In this document: positions 45,256 through 54,400 of the stretch, piece after piece
How positions within the stretch are numbered: the stretch's first letter is position 1
Layout: the number at the start of each line of letters is the position of its first letter
From: Reichenbachiella sp.
GTDB lineage: Bacteria > Bacteroidota > Bacteroidia > Cytophagales > Cyclobacteriaceae
DNA: 64,000 nucleotides
Reading direction: 5' to 3'
NCBI RefSeq assembly: GCF_033344935.1
Contig: NZ_JAWPMM010000001.1
Location: 4,706,115 to 4,770,114 of the forward strand
Position numbers and translations under genes: made by a program
The notes under the pieces: model-generated
What the model was told of the DNA's origin: nothing
Database searches by the model: none
Seen by the model: the letters and a program-made list of their open reading frames with translations, nothing else

Positions 45256-45483
45256 TTACTTATGATACATTTCAAACCGAAATGAAAGAGTACAATTCCC
45301 GCCATTTTGACTCTTACCAACATTGGTAATAAAAGGGCCTTCCACTATTGCAATCTTCAAGTTTCTTTTTTCCATTTCATAAATCCAGTTCTCCTTAAGG
45401 AGGTTTAATTCCGTAGTAGTTGGAGCCATAAATATTTTAGTGCCAAATGGTACATCTGAACTATAGTATCTGCTTAATCTCAT
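45256..45483 (-). CDS. Orphan hypothetical protein (may not be a real gene)
   Basis: This 75-aa ORF in AT-rich DNA is convergent on higA, and I recognise no family. Confidence 0.2.
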   Translation of the reverse strand: MRLSRYYSSDVPFGTKIFMAPTTTELNLLKENWIYEMEKRNLKIAIVEGPFITNVGKSQNGGNCTLSFRFEMYHK

Positions 45484-45756
45484 TATTAATTATTTTTTTA
45501 ATTCCATAACAAATATATTACATTTAGTTAATTTCTTAACATTAATGAGTAAATATACACATGAATGTAAGCCCTTACTCCCTCGTTGGTATTGTCACCG
45601 ACAAGCCTTTGTAGCTTAAGTCTTCTAACTTTATGATCTTATAAATAAATATCTCGGTGAGGTTTGCTCTGCAATCCACAATTTATTTTGTAGGTCATGC
45701 CAAAGGCATCCCTTCAGAGCAAGACAAACAAGGGCAAGCATATTGTCCATCAGATA

Positions 45757-45790
45757 CAAAAAAAGGGAAACCCGAACCGAGCCTCCCTTT
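45757..45790 (-). terminator. Possible terminator after glnII
   Basis: The stem is AAAGGGA (45762-45768) / TCCCTTT (45784-45790) with a 15-nt loop. An A-run on the + strand gives a U-run on the minus transcript. The structure is weak. Confidence 0.35.
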
Positions 45791-45812
45791 TGTCAATTTG
45801 AAATAAACTTTC

Positions 45813-46841
45813 TTATGCAGTCACTGCGTCAGCAACTTTAGCTGTTTTTACAGTTTTGATAATTCTAGCTGCAATTTTGTAAGGATCTCCATTAGAAGCA
45901 GGTCTTCTGTCTTCCAACCATCCTTTCCATCCATTCTCTACCGTAGCGATAGGAATACGGATAGAAGCACCTCTGTCAGATACACCGTATGAGAACTTAT
46001 CGATAGCCTGAGTCTCGTGAGCACCAGTCAATCTTTGATCATTCTCAGCACCGTATACTTCGATGTGCTCTTTTACGAAAGGAGCAAATGCCTCACAAAT
46101 TGTAGAATAAGTTTCTTTAGATCCACATGTTCTCAAAACAGAGTTTGAGAAGTTAGCATGCATACCAGATCCGTTCCAGTCACCTTTGATTGGCTTAGGT
46201 CTCCACTCAATAGAAACACCGTACTTCTCAGCAGTTCTTTCTAGCAAGTATCTTCCAATCCAAACGTGGTCACCAGCTTCAGCAGCACCTTTAGCGAACA
46301 CCTGGAATTCCCATTGTCCAGCTGCCACTTCAGCATTAATTCCTTCAACATTCACACCTGCCTCAAGGCAAAGGTCTAAATGCTCTTCGATGATTTCTCT
46401 ACCGTAAGCGTTACTCGCTCCTACAGAACAGTAGTATGGTCCTTGTGGTCTTGGGTAACCAGCTTCTGGGAAACCAAGTGGCTTGCCAGTGTTGTTGTCG
46501 ATCAAGAAGTACTCTTGCTCGAAACCGAACCAGAAATCGTTATCATCATCATCGATAGTCGCTCTACCGTTACTTTCGTGAGCCGCACCATCTGCATCCA
46601 ACACCTCTGTCATCACGAGGAATGCATTTTTTCTGTCAGGATCTGGGAAGATCGCAACAGGCTTCAACAAACAGTCAGAAGATCCACCTTCTGCTTGCTC
46701 TGTTGAGCTACCATCGAACGACCACATTGGGCAGCTTTCTAGCTTGCCATCGAAGTTATCGACGATTTTAGTTTTGCTTCTTAGACTTTGTGTTGGCTTA
46801 TATCCATCCAACCAAATGTACTCTAACTTTGCTTTTGCCAT
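45813..46841 (-). CDS. glnII: Glutamine synthetase type II (eukaryote-like GSII)
   Basis: The 342-aa ORF has MAKAKLEYIWLDGY..., FGFEQEYF, AGQWEFQ, NGSGMHANFS and GASIRIP blocks typical of GSII. Confidence 0.9.
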   Translation of the reverse strand: MAKAKLEYIWLDGYKPTQSLRSKTKIVDNFDGKLESCPMWSFDGSSTEQAEGGSSDCLLKPVAIFPDPDRKNAFLVMTEVLDADGAAHESNGRATIDDDDNDFWFGFEQEYFLIDNNTGKPLGFPEAGYPRPQGPYYCSVGASNAYGREIIEEHLDLCLEAGVNVEGINAEVAAGQWEFQVFAKGAAEAGDHVWIGRYLLERTAEKYGVSIEWRPKPIKGDWNGSGMHANFSNSVLRTCGSKETYSTICEAFAPFVKEHIEVYGAENDQRLTGAHETQAIDKFSYGVSDRGASIRIPIATVENGWKGWLEDRRPASNGDPYKIAARIIKTVKTAKVADAVTA

Positions 46842-46925
46842 TTTACTTAAATTTTAGCTTTTACTGTTTTACTTTTATTCTATTTCACTTTGCACCTCAA
46901 AAAATCAGATGACTCAGCATCGTTT

Positions 46926-46967
46926 GAAAAGTTTTGCCAAGGCACCCTCGAGAGCACCCCGGCAAAA
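46926..46967 (-). terminator. Possible terminator after the porin gene
   Basis: TTTTGCC (46932-46938) pairs with GGCAAAA (46961-46967), with an extra GG/CC pair. On the minus strand it is followed by CUUUUC. The loop contains GCACCC twice around a CTCGAG. Confidence 0.4.
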
Positions 46968-46985
46968 GCTAAATCTTAGATTCTT

Positions 46986-48062
46986 TTAGAATGCGTATAC
47001 TGCTGCCAGCGTAAACGATGACAGGCTTTTTCCATATGTTGCATTGATTGGAAGTGGACTATCTGGATCTGTAAAATCAAGTCCTTCACTATCACTAGCG
47101 TATCCATCATACGACAACATATCAATTCTAAATTCTGGAATAAATGTCAGGTTCCCTACAGAATAGTTAGCTGACAAAGTCAAATCAATCACGTTTTCAT
47201 CTAATGCAATAGCACCAACTCCGTCGTCCTTGAAGTACTCTCCTCTAATACCCATTGAGAAATCATCAGAGAAAGAATTCTGTAAGTAAAGTGCTGCTCC
47301 AGTGAAAGAATCTTTCGCTTTTGTAGCATTTACGCCCAAATAAATTGCATCTGTCAAATCCCATCCTGCAGTCAAGTCCACTTGATAGAAATCATCAGAT
47401 AATATGGTATTCAAATAAGCACCACCAAATCCTAGCTGAGCACCAAAGGCATAATCACCAGTTGGATTAAAGTCAGTCCAGTCAGTTGGGTTCAATACCG
47501 CCAACATCAAAGAAGCATCACCTAATGCAATATCCGCCTTCAAACCTGTGTGAGAAAATGGACCATACGAGAACATATAAGAAGTAGAGTAGTTGTAGTT
47601 ACCCGTTGGAGAAATTACTTCATATCCTAAGAAAGTATTGAAGTTTCCAATCGTCAACGTTACTGATTCACTTACATTCCAATAGGCATATAATTGATTC
47701 ACAATGCTTGAAGAAGCCGTAGTTGAAAGAAAAACTGCGTCAGTACCTCTAGGACCAAACACGAGATCCGCTACGAATCCTGAGTTTTCTCCTTCCAATC
47801 CTAATATTACATTGGCCATACCTAAAGCAAATCCTGTTTGGTTTGCAAATGAAGTAGTAGGTGCAACTGACCCACCATCACTAGGATCATTAGTTCCTCC
47901 GCTCAATACTGCTCTGTAGTATGAGTCTACACTACCCGAGATCGACAATGCTGGTGCACTTGATTCCTCCTCTTGTGCGAAGGCATTAAATGACAGACTT
48001 AAAATTGTTACCATAACAATAGGTAGAAATTTCTTCATGATTAAATTTGTGTTTTGGTTCAT
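46986..48062 (-). CDS. Outer-membrane porin (OmpL/bbp2-like beta-barrel)
   Basis: It has a signal peptide (..SLSFNAFAQ), an alternating amphipathic strand pattern and a terminal aromatic (AAVYAF). An alternative ATG is at 48038. Confidence 0.6.
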   Translation of the reverse strand: MNQNTNLIMKKFLPIVMVTILSLSFNAFAQEEESSAPALSISGSVDSYYRAVLSGGTNDPSDGGSVAPTTSFANQTGFALGMANVILGLEGENSGFVADLVFGPRGTDAVFLSTTASSSIVNQLYAYWNVSESVTLTIGNFNTFLGYEVISPTGNYNYSTSYMFSYGPFSHTGLKADIALGDASLMLAVLNPTDWTDFNPTGDYAFGAQLGFGGAYLNTILSDDFYQVDLTAGWDLTDAIYLGVNATKAKDSFTGAALYLQNSFSDDFSMGIRGEYFKDDGVGAIALDENVIDLTLSANYSVGNLTFIPEFRIDMLSYDGYASDSEGLDFTDPDSPLPINATYGKSLSSFTLAAVYAF

Positions 48063-48093
48063 AAATTTGTTATTCAGATTTGTGAGATTAAGA

Positions 48094-48130
48094 CCTGCTG
48101 GAGCATGTTGGCAGACATGATTCCAGCAGG
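48094..48130 (-). terminator. Strong intergenic hairpin between amt and the porin gene (terminator, attenuator or processing site)
   Basis: The outer stem is CCTGCTGGA (48094-48102) / TCCAGCAGG (48122-48130), with an inner CATGT/ACATG stem. The clean T-run (48133-48139) is on the + strand side. The minus-strand tail is only moderately U-rich. Confidence 0.45.
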
Positions 48131-48142
48131 CATTTTTTTATA

Positions 48143-49483
48143 TTATTCGTCGTAAACGATGGTATATCCTCTGATACCGTGCTCGTGTGTATCAAGGCCT
48201 TCCGTTTCGTGTTGTTCTGACACCCTCACTCCAATAGTTTTCTTCAATACAAAGAATAAGATGAAGGCAATAGGGAAAGCTGCGATTGCGTACATCGCAA
48301 CTCCGTAAAGCTGAGTCATGAATGAGTAATCATCTCCACCGAAGATCCCTACGGCAAGTGTTCCCCAGATACCACATGACAAGTGAACTGAAACAGCTCC
48401 AACTACGTCATCTAGTTTGAATTTGTCAAGCGTGATAGCAGAAAGTACTACGATGATACCAGCTACAGCACCTACGATCAATGAGTTATTTACAGAGATT
48501 ACATCTGCACCAGCAGTGATACCTACCAAACCGGCTAGGATACCATTCAATACCATACCCAAGTCCATTCTCTTGAATACAACGAAGGCAGTTAAGAATC
48601 CGAACAGTCCACCAGTACAAGCAGCCATACAAGTAGTCACCAACACGAATGATACTAGATCCGGATCAGCAGAAAGTACAGATCCACCGTTGAATCCAAA
48701 CCATCCTAACCAAAGTAAGAATACGCCGATAACAGCTAGTGGCACAGAAGTACCTGGCTTGTCGATTACTTTGCCATCTACATATTTTCCAAGTCTTGGC
48801 CCGATCACGATGATACCAGCCAATGCACCCCATCCACCTACAGAGTGAACAAGTGTAGAACCTGCAAAGTCATAGAATCCAGCAGCATCAAGAAATCCTG
48901 CTCCCCATTTCCAGCTTCCTAAGATTGGGTAAACAATACCTACATATAGTACTGTGAAAATCATATAGCTTGAAAGTTTTACTCTCTCAGCAATTGCCCC
49001 TGATACGATGGTTGCAGCGGTAGCAGCAAACATGCCTTGGAATAAGAAATCTGTCCAGTAAGTATAACCTCCACCGGCATAGTCTATAGAAGCACCGTCG
49101 CCAGCGTCCAAACCAAACCCTGCAAATCCAAGTACGCCATCGATGATTCCAAAATCACCTGGGTACATCAAGTTGAATCCACAAATCAAATAGGTAATCA
49201 AACCAATGATTGGTGTAATAGTATTTTTGAAAAGAATGTTTACGGTGTTTTTTGACTGGCCAAAACCAGCTTCAACGCCCGCGAAGCCTAAGTGCATAAT
49301 AAACACTAAAGCTGTAGCCAACATCATCCAGATGTTGTTGGCAGTAAATAATGCAGTGGCACCGGCACTTGCAGCATCAGCCACAGCGGCTGTTACTTCA
49401 GCTGGAACTTCAGCAACTACGGCAGCTGGAGCTTCCATTACCGCGACTGAATCTTGCACTACATTGGTCAACAGATTAATCAT
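48143..49483 (-). CDS. amt: Ammonium transporter (Amt family)
   Basis: The multi-TM ORF has Amt blocks (FAGSTLVHSVGGWGALAG, LWLGWFGFNGGS, HLSCGIWGTLAVG) and an Ala/Val-rich N-terminal extension. Confidence 0.9.
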   Translation of the reverse strand: MINLLTNVVQDSVAVMEAPAAVVAEVPAEVTAAVADAASAGATALFTANNIWMMLATALVFIMHLGFAGVEAGFGQSKNTVNILFKNTITPIIGLITYLICGFNLMYPGDFGIIDGVLGFAGFGLDAGDGASIDYAGGGYTYWTDFLFQGMFAATAATIVSGAIAERVKLSSYMIFTVLYVGIVYPILGSWKWGAGFLDAAGFYDFAGSTLVHSVGGWGALAGIIVIGPRLGKYVDGKVIDKPGTSVPLAVIGVFLLWLGWFGFNGGSVLSADPDLVSFVLVTTCMAACTGGLFGFLTAFVVFKRMDLGMVLNGILAGLVGITAGADVISVNNSLIVGAVAGIIVVLSAITLDKFKLDDVVGAVSVHLSCGIWGTLAVGIFGGDDYSFMTQLYGVAMYAIAAFPIAFILFFVLKKTIGVRVSEQHETEGLDTHEHGIRGYTIVYDE

Positions 49484-49975
49484 AGCATGTAATTTTTAGT
49501 TCTAAATTGTTTTCCTCATGAAATCTCCATCCAGGAGTTTTCAAGCTTTTTACTTAGGATGTTGCAACTTGAGTAGGTATAGGTTAAAAAATTAACTGGA
49601 TTTTGTTGTCAAGCTGCAAATCCAATCTTTCTGGGGGTCTTTTTAATGCTGTTGAGATGCTAAAGTAGTATTTTTACGTATTACTACGTAATTTTTATAC
49701 CTAGTATTTCAGTAAAAGCATGAATTATTACATTTCTCGTTATTTTTTTACCCTCTCATTGAATTATTTGCAAAACAATGACTGCCACAAGGTCCATTTT
49801 GAGAAAATTTTATCGATTTGTCAAAAACTTAAGTTTGAATCCAATTCCAATGCTCTAAAACTGAAATATTTCCACTGAAACATCTCTTTCATTGCATATT
49901 CAGAAACTCAATTGACCGAGTCTCAACAGTCAATTCCCGCTTTATTTATAGATTAGCCTCACAAAACCCAACCAT

Positions 49976-50329
49976 TTGAAAACAAACCAACCCTCAAAGT
50001 ATATTGGCCAAAAGGCAGAGCAAGAAGCATTGAATTTTTTGGTGGATAAAAACTATTCGTTGCTTGAAAGAAACTATCGATACAAGCGATCCGAAATTGA
50101 TTTGATTATGACTAATCAAAAGACGCTTGTATTTGTAGAGGTGAAATTTCGAAGCAACAACAAATTTGGTCACCCGGAAGAATTTGTATCCGACAATCAA
50201 AAACAATCAATCATAAAAGGTGCCGAACACTATATAGATAGTATTGCCTGGGAGGATAACATACGATTTGACATTGTTGCAGTGGATGCCAATTTCAAGA
50301 TTGAACATTTTGAAGATGCTTTTTATTAG
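49976..50329 (+). CDS. yraN: YraN-family (UPF0102) endonuclease-like protein
   Basis: It reads GQKAEQEALNFLVDKNYSLLERNYRYKRSEIDLIM...LVFVEVKFR. It has a TTG start and no nearby ATG. Confidence 0.7.
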   Translation: MKTNQPSKYIGQKAEQEALNFLVDKNYSLLERNYRYKRSEIDLIMTNQKTLVFVEVKFRSNNKFGHPEEFVSDNQKQSIIKGAEHYIDSIAWEDNIRFDIVAVDANFKIEHFEDAFY

Positions 50330-50430
50330 TCATTGAATCGGCTAATCATCATCATGAAGATTGCTCATGAATATTTACTAACCCGACACATGCCAACACG
50401 TATCTAGTACTTTCAATTACTAATTGACCT

Positions 50431-50892
50431 ATGAGTGAAATCAAATATCATCTAGCCCAACTCAACATTACTCGAATGCGAGCGCCGCTCCATGACCCGA
50501 TCATGAAAGAGTTTAACGACTTTTTAGACCCGGTAAATAAGCTCGCCGAAGAAAGTCCAGGATTCGTTTGGAGATACACTGAAAAACAAGGTGAGGTTTT
50601 AGCAGTCTTTGAAGATGCAATGATTGTAGCCAATATGTCGGTTTGGGTAGATTACCCATCATTGAAAGCTTATACCTATGATACCGTACATAACTACTTT
50701 TTAAAAAGTCGCAAAAAGTGGTTCGAAAAAATGGACAGCCATCAAGTGGTACTTTGGTGGGTTGAAACCGATCATACACCTAGCCTATCCGAAGCTAAAG
50801 AAAGACTGGATCAGCTGAATCAACAAGGTGCATCTCCTTCGGCTTTTGGACTCAGAGAAATGTATCACGCAGATGGTTCACCACTGCATTGA
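50431..50892 (+). CDS. DUF3291-domain protein
   Basis: YHLAQLNITRMRAPLHDPIMKEFNDFLDPVNKLAEESPGFVWRY matches my memory of DUF3291. Confidence 0.55.
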   Translation: MSEIKYHLAQLNITRMRAPLHDPIMKEFNDFLDPVNKLAEESPGFVWRYTEKQGEVLAVFEDAMIVANMSVWVDYPSLKAYTYDTVHNYFLKSRKKWFEKMDSHQVVLWWVETDHTPSLSEAKERLDQLNQQGASPSAFGLREMYHADGSPLH

Positions 50893-50962
50893 TGGTACAA
50901 CACGCCTAAACCTGAAAATATCTAAATCAAATTTTATAGCTTTAGCGCTTTCAATTTGATCT

Positions 50963-53587
50963 ATGGATTCAGGGAAAGTAAAAATTTGGCATTCTATTGT
51001 TACGAGGTTCGGCCTTTTTTTTATGGGCCTTCTTATCCTGGCTATTTTCGTTTCAGGGTTCCTCATCTATAAAAGAGCATCGGCTATCATTAGTACTTTT
51101 AGCCAAGAGCGCATTGCACATAGTGCTACGCTTGCTGAACAAACCTTTTACTCCTTACTCACCGAGGTTGAGAACGATATTTCTATCATGGCCGAAAATG
51201 CGAAACTTCAAGCTTTTGCGAATAAACCCACTCAAGAATTACAAAATGAAATCACCCACCTATTTTACACCACATTAAAAAATAAGCCCAATTACTTTCA
51301 AGTAAGACTCATAAGCCTAACTGATGCCGGACAAGAACTCATTAGGCTGGATAAAAAAAATGGGGAGGTAGTCCAAACCCTTAACGAAAAGCTTCAAAAC
51401 AAAAAAGATCGGCCCTATTATAAAGCAGCTTCTTATTTGACACCAGGTGAATTCTATTTTTCACCTATTAGTTTAAATGAAGAATATGGCGTAGTGAGCC
51501 CTTCACTTATTCCAACAATCAGAGCCATCAGTCTGATCTACGATTCGAATCAGAAATCCACTCATATGGTAGTCATCAATTTGGATCTAAAAAATTTCTA
51601 TCAAAAGCTTAGAAGCATTATGGCTTCTGGAATAGAGTTGATGTTGATAGATGAGGATGGGCAATATTTATTTGCTTCAAACATGACCAAGTGCTTTAGC
51701 AAACAGCTCAGAAGTTACGAAAGATTTGATGCGGACTTTACCGTTCCATTTGCTTCACTTCACTCGGACTCTACCCTTATCACCACATTGATGAGTAAGA
51801 AAGGAAGCCCCTTTTTAACTCAAATTAAACCTATCACCTATTCAACCAACAACAAAATCTATCTTCTCTCCTTTCTGAAGCAAAACATTGCATTGAGCAG
51901 TGTGCTATATATTAAAAAGTATAGCTATCAGATTATTCCAATTGTATCATTAGTGGCTTTGCTCATTGCTCTGATTTTTATCCGTGCCCTTGCCATCAGA
52001 ATTGGGTCAATTACCCATGCCATTGGCAACTACGAACAAGTTTCTGCTCCTACGATCAAACTTTCTGAAAACCGAAAAGATGAATTGGGAGTTTTAGCCA
52101 GAACTTTCATGAAAATGAAAACTAAAATCAATCAGCAAGTAAGCGATTTAAAAGCTGCATTGGACAAAGAGCAAAAAGCAATCAAGGAGAAAGATGAATT
52201 TTTGCAAAATATGAGTCATGAACTGAGAACTCCACTGAATTCCATCATGGGACTGACCCAACTTCTGAAAAAGAATAAACCATCGCCAGAACAAAAACCT
52301 ATTGTAGATGCCATTCACAGGAGCACACAATCGCTAGCGGGCCTAATGCACGATGTACTAGATCATCAAAAACTGATCGAGGGACAAGTTCAACTCAAGT
52401 ATAAGCCAGAGCATATTGCAGAAATTCTCACTGACATCCATGCCAGTTACAGATTCGATGCCATTAATAAAGGCCTTGGTTTCGAATTGAAAATAGACCC
52501 TGAACTAAAAACAAAGTGGTTTCAAACAGACGCCTTACGATTCACTCAAATCGTTACCAACCTTATTGTCAATGCAATCAAATTCACAGATAAAGGTAAA
52601 ATTACTGTTGAGGCAATAGAAGAAACTACCCATTTGGTCATCAGTGTTACTGATACAGGAAGGGGAATTCTTCCTAAGAATGTCGTACGAATTCGTGAAC
52701 GCTTCTATCAAGAAAAGAATTATTCTTCATCGGAAGGCTTTGGTTTAGGGCTCTCCATTGTAAAGCAACTTCTCGATCTTTTTGAGGGCAACTTGGAAAT
52801 CAGATCAGAAAAAAATGTCGGCTCTGCATTTACCATTAAAATTCCATTAATAGAAGCTGAACCGACGTCAACAGGTGCTGCCGTAAATATAAAAAGACTG
52901 GCTCTTGCTGACCTTCGTGAAAAACATACTATTCTGCACATCGAAGATGATGAACCTGCTAGATTATTGGTCAGCCAGCTACTTCAATCACCCAATATCG
53001 AATTGGTACAAACGAACAATCTAACATTTGCCAAACAAACGCTCACAAAGCAAAAGCCAGATCTAGTCATAAGTGATTTGATGTTGGAGAATATTGATAT
53101 CAGAAGTGAGTTGATTAAGCTCAATGTCTCGTATAACCACCCAACTCTTGTGTTATCTGCACTTGAAAAGGAGCACATGGAAAAAGTGAGTAAGTACTAC
53201 TTACAAAAGCCTTTTGACATAGATCATCTATTAGATTTGGTGCTTTGTCTACTTGGCAGAAACAACTTTGATCTCCCTCAACTGACCATAAGTTATGCGC
53301 AATATGATCACGATCAAGTCAAAATCAAGAAGTTCATCTCGCTGTTAATCTCCGAGTTTGAAACCTATCTAGACCGAATAGATCGAGCTTTTGAAAATAA
53401 AGATCCAAACGAATGGAATGCCATTAGGCATAAGTTGATTACTCATATTCGAAGTTTAGAGTTACACAAACTCGAAAAGCTGCTCCCAAGCGACATGGAC
53501 CACTTGAACCAGACAAATCTTGGCGAAATCAAGAATTTACTATTATACAATTTGAGTTATTTCCGAAATGAGCTGCGTCTACTTTAA
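50963..53587 (+). CDS. Hybrid sensor histidine kinase (periplasmic sensor-HAMP-HisKA-HATPase-REC-HPt-like)
   Basis: It has two TMs flanking an approximately 280-aa extracytoplasmic domain, H-box FLQNMSHELRTPLNSI, N/G boxes (NLIVNAIKFT, GFGLGLSIVK), a receiver (ILHIEDDE...LVISDLML...KPF) and a C-terminal helical HPt-like tail. Confidence 0.85.
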   Translation: MDSGKVKIWHSIVTRFGLFFMGLLILAIFVSGFLIYKRASAIISTFSQERIAHSATLAEQTFYSLLTEVENDISIMAENAKLQAFANKPTQELQNEITHLFYTTLKNKPNYFQVRLISLTDAGQELIRLDKKNGEVVQTLNEKLQNKKDRPYYKAASYLTPGEFYFSPISLNEEYGVVSPSLIPTIRAISLIYDSNQKSTHMVVINLDLKNFYQKLRSIMASGIELMLIDEDGQYLFASNMTKCFSKQLRSYERFDADFTVPFASLHSDSTLITTLMSKKGSPFLTQIKPITYSTNNKIYLLSFLKQNIALSSVLYIKKYSYQIIPIVSLVALLIALIFIRALAIRIGSITHAIGNYEQVSAPTIKLSENRKDELGVLARTFMKMKTKINQQVSDLKAALDKEQKAIKEKDEFLQNMSHELRTPLNSIMGLTQLLKKNKPSPEQKPIVDAIHRSTQSLAGLMHDVLDHQKLIEGQVQLKYKPEHIAEILTDIHASYRFDAINKGLGFELKIDPELKTKWFQTDALRFTQIVTNLIVNAIKFTDKGKITVEAIEETTHLVISVTDTGRGILPKNVVRIRERFYQEKNYSSSEGFGLGLSIVKQLLDLFEGNLEIRSEKNVGSAFTIKIPLIEAEPTSTGAAVNIKRLALADLREKHTILHIEDDEPARLLVSQLLQSPNIELVQTNNLTFAKQTLTKQKPDLVISDLMLENIDIRSELIKLNVSYNHPTLVLSALEKEHMEKVSKYYLQKPFDIDHLLDLVLCLLGRNNFDLPQLTISYAQYDHDQVKIKKFISLLISEFETYLDRIDRAFENKDPNEWNAIRHKLITHIRSLELHKLEKLLPSDMDHLNQTNLGEIKNLLLYNLSYFRNELRLL

Positions 53588-54259
53588 GAGCTTGATCTTA
53601 TTTAAAAGCTCCTTTTCGAATCGATCACTGATAGATATTTCCTCCGGCCCCACCTGTACATCTCCACTTGTGATACTGTCAATGTGATTCACATTCACGA
53701 TATAGGATCGCTGCAAGCGTTGAAAATACTCTGGTAGCTTTTCGGCCAATTCGGTTAATGTCATTAAGGTCAGTAATTTATTATCTTCAAAAACCAATTC
53801 GGCATAATTCGCTGCAGACTTTATGTATTTCACCTCCTTCAGATTGACTTTGACCAACTTGTTGCCGTCCTTCACAAAAATCTGATCAGAGGTCGAATTA
53901 GACAATTCATTTCCCTTTTTCACTTTCTGCATTGCTTTAAAAAAACGAGCAAAATCTATTGGTTTCACTAAAAAATCGACGATCTGCTCGTAATCATAAG
54001 ACTCTGGTGCAAAATCACGATTGGCGGTAATCATTATTACTGAAGTGCCTCGGCTCAAGGTTTGCAGGATTTCCTTTCCTGTAATATCCGGCAAGTTGTA
54101 ATCAAGTAGTATAACATCAAACTGATTCTCACTAATCAGGTTGATGGACTCAAAACCGCTGTTCGTTACGGTGACATTAGATACAAAATCTACTTTAGAG
54201 CAGAAGTGCTCCAGAAGGTCACAAATCAAGGGATCATCATCTACAATCAGGCAATGCAT
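53579..54259 (-). CDS. LytTR-family response regulator
   Basis: It has a receiver (CLIVDDD..ILLDYNLPD..KP) and a LytTR DNA-binding domain (IFVKDGNKLVKVNLKEVKYIKSAANYAELV). Confidence 0.9.
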   Translation of the reverse strand: MHCLIVDDDPLICDLLEHFCSKVDFVSNVTVTNSGFESINLISENQFDVILLDYNLPDITGKEILQTLSRGTSVIMITANRDFAPESYDYEQIVDFLVKPIDFARFFKAMQKVKKGNELSNSTSDQIFVKDGNKLVKVNLKEVKYIKSAANYAELVFEDNKLLTLMTLTELAEKLPEYFQRLQRSYIVNVNHIDSITSGDVQVGPEEISISDRFEKELLNKIKLLK

Positions 54260-54400
54260 ACTTTATCAATTTATCCGATAGTTTCATCCACCAAGATAAC
54301 CATTTCGTCCTTTAGTAAATAATTCTGATCTGCTTTGAATTATCATTGATATCGCAATACAAACCCAAAGCTAAGTTTTATATCAAAATCAAAAAATTAT

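Noticed and set aside
48417-49499. Plus-strand ORFs of 143 aa and 97 aa inside amt. The same applies to the Pro/Ala/Thr-rich ORF 62749..63012 inside the NeuD-like gene.
   Set aside because: They are antisense shadows of GC-richer, Gly/Ala-rich genes with low-complexity products.
49660-49700. A possible NtcA-type GTA-N8-TAC site in the amt leader.
   Set aside because: The GTA/TAC pairs present have 7-nt spacers, not 8. NtcA is also a cyanobacterial regulator and not expected here.
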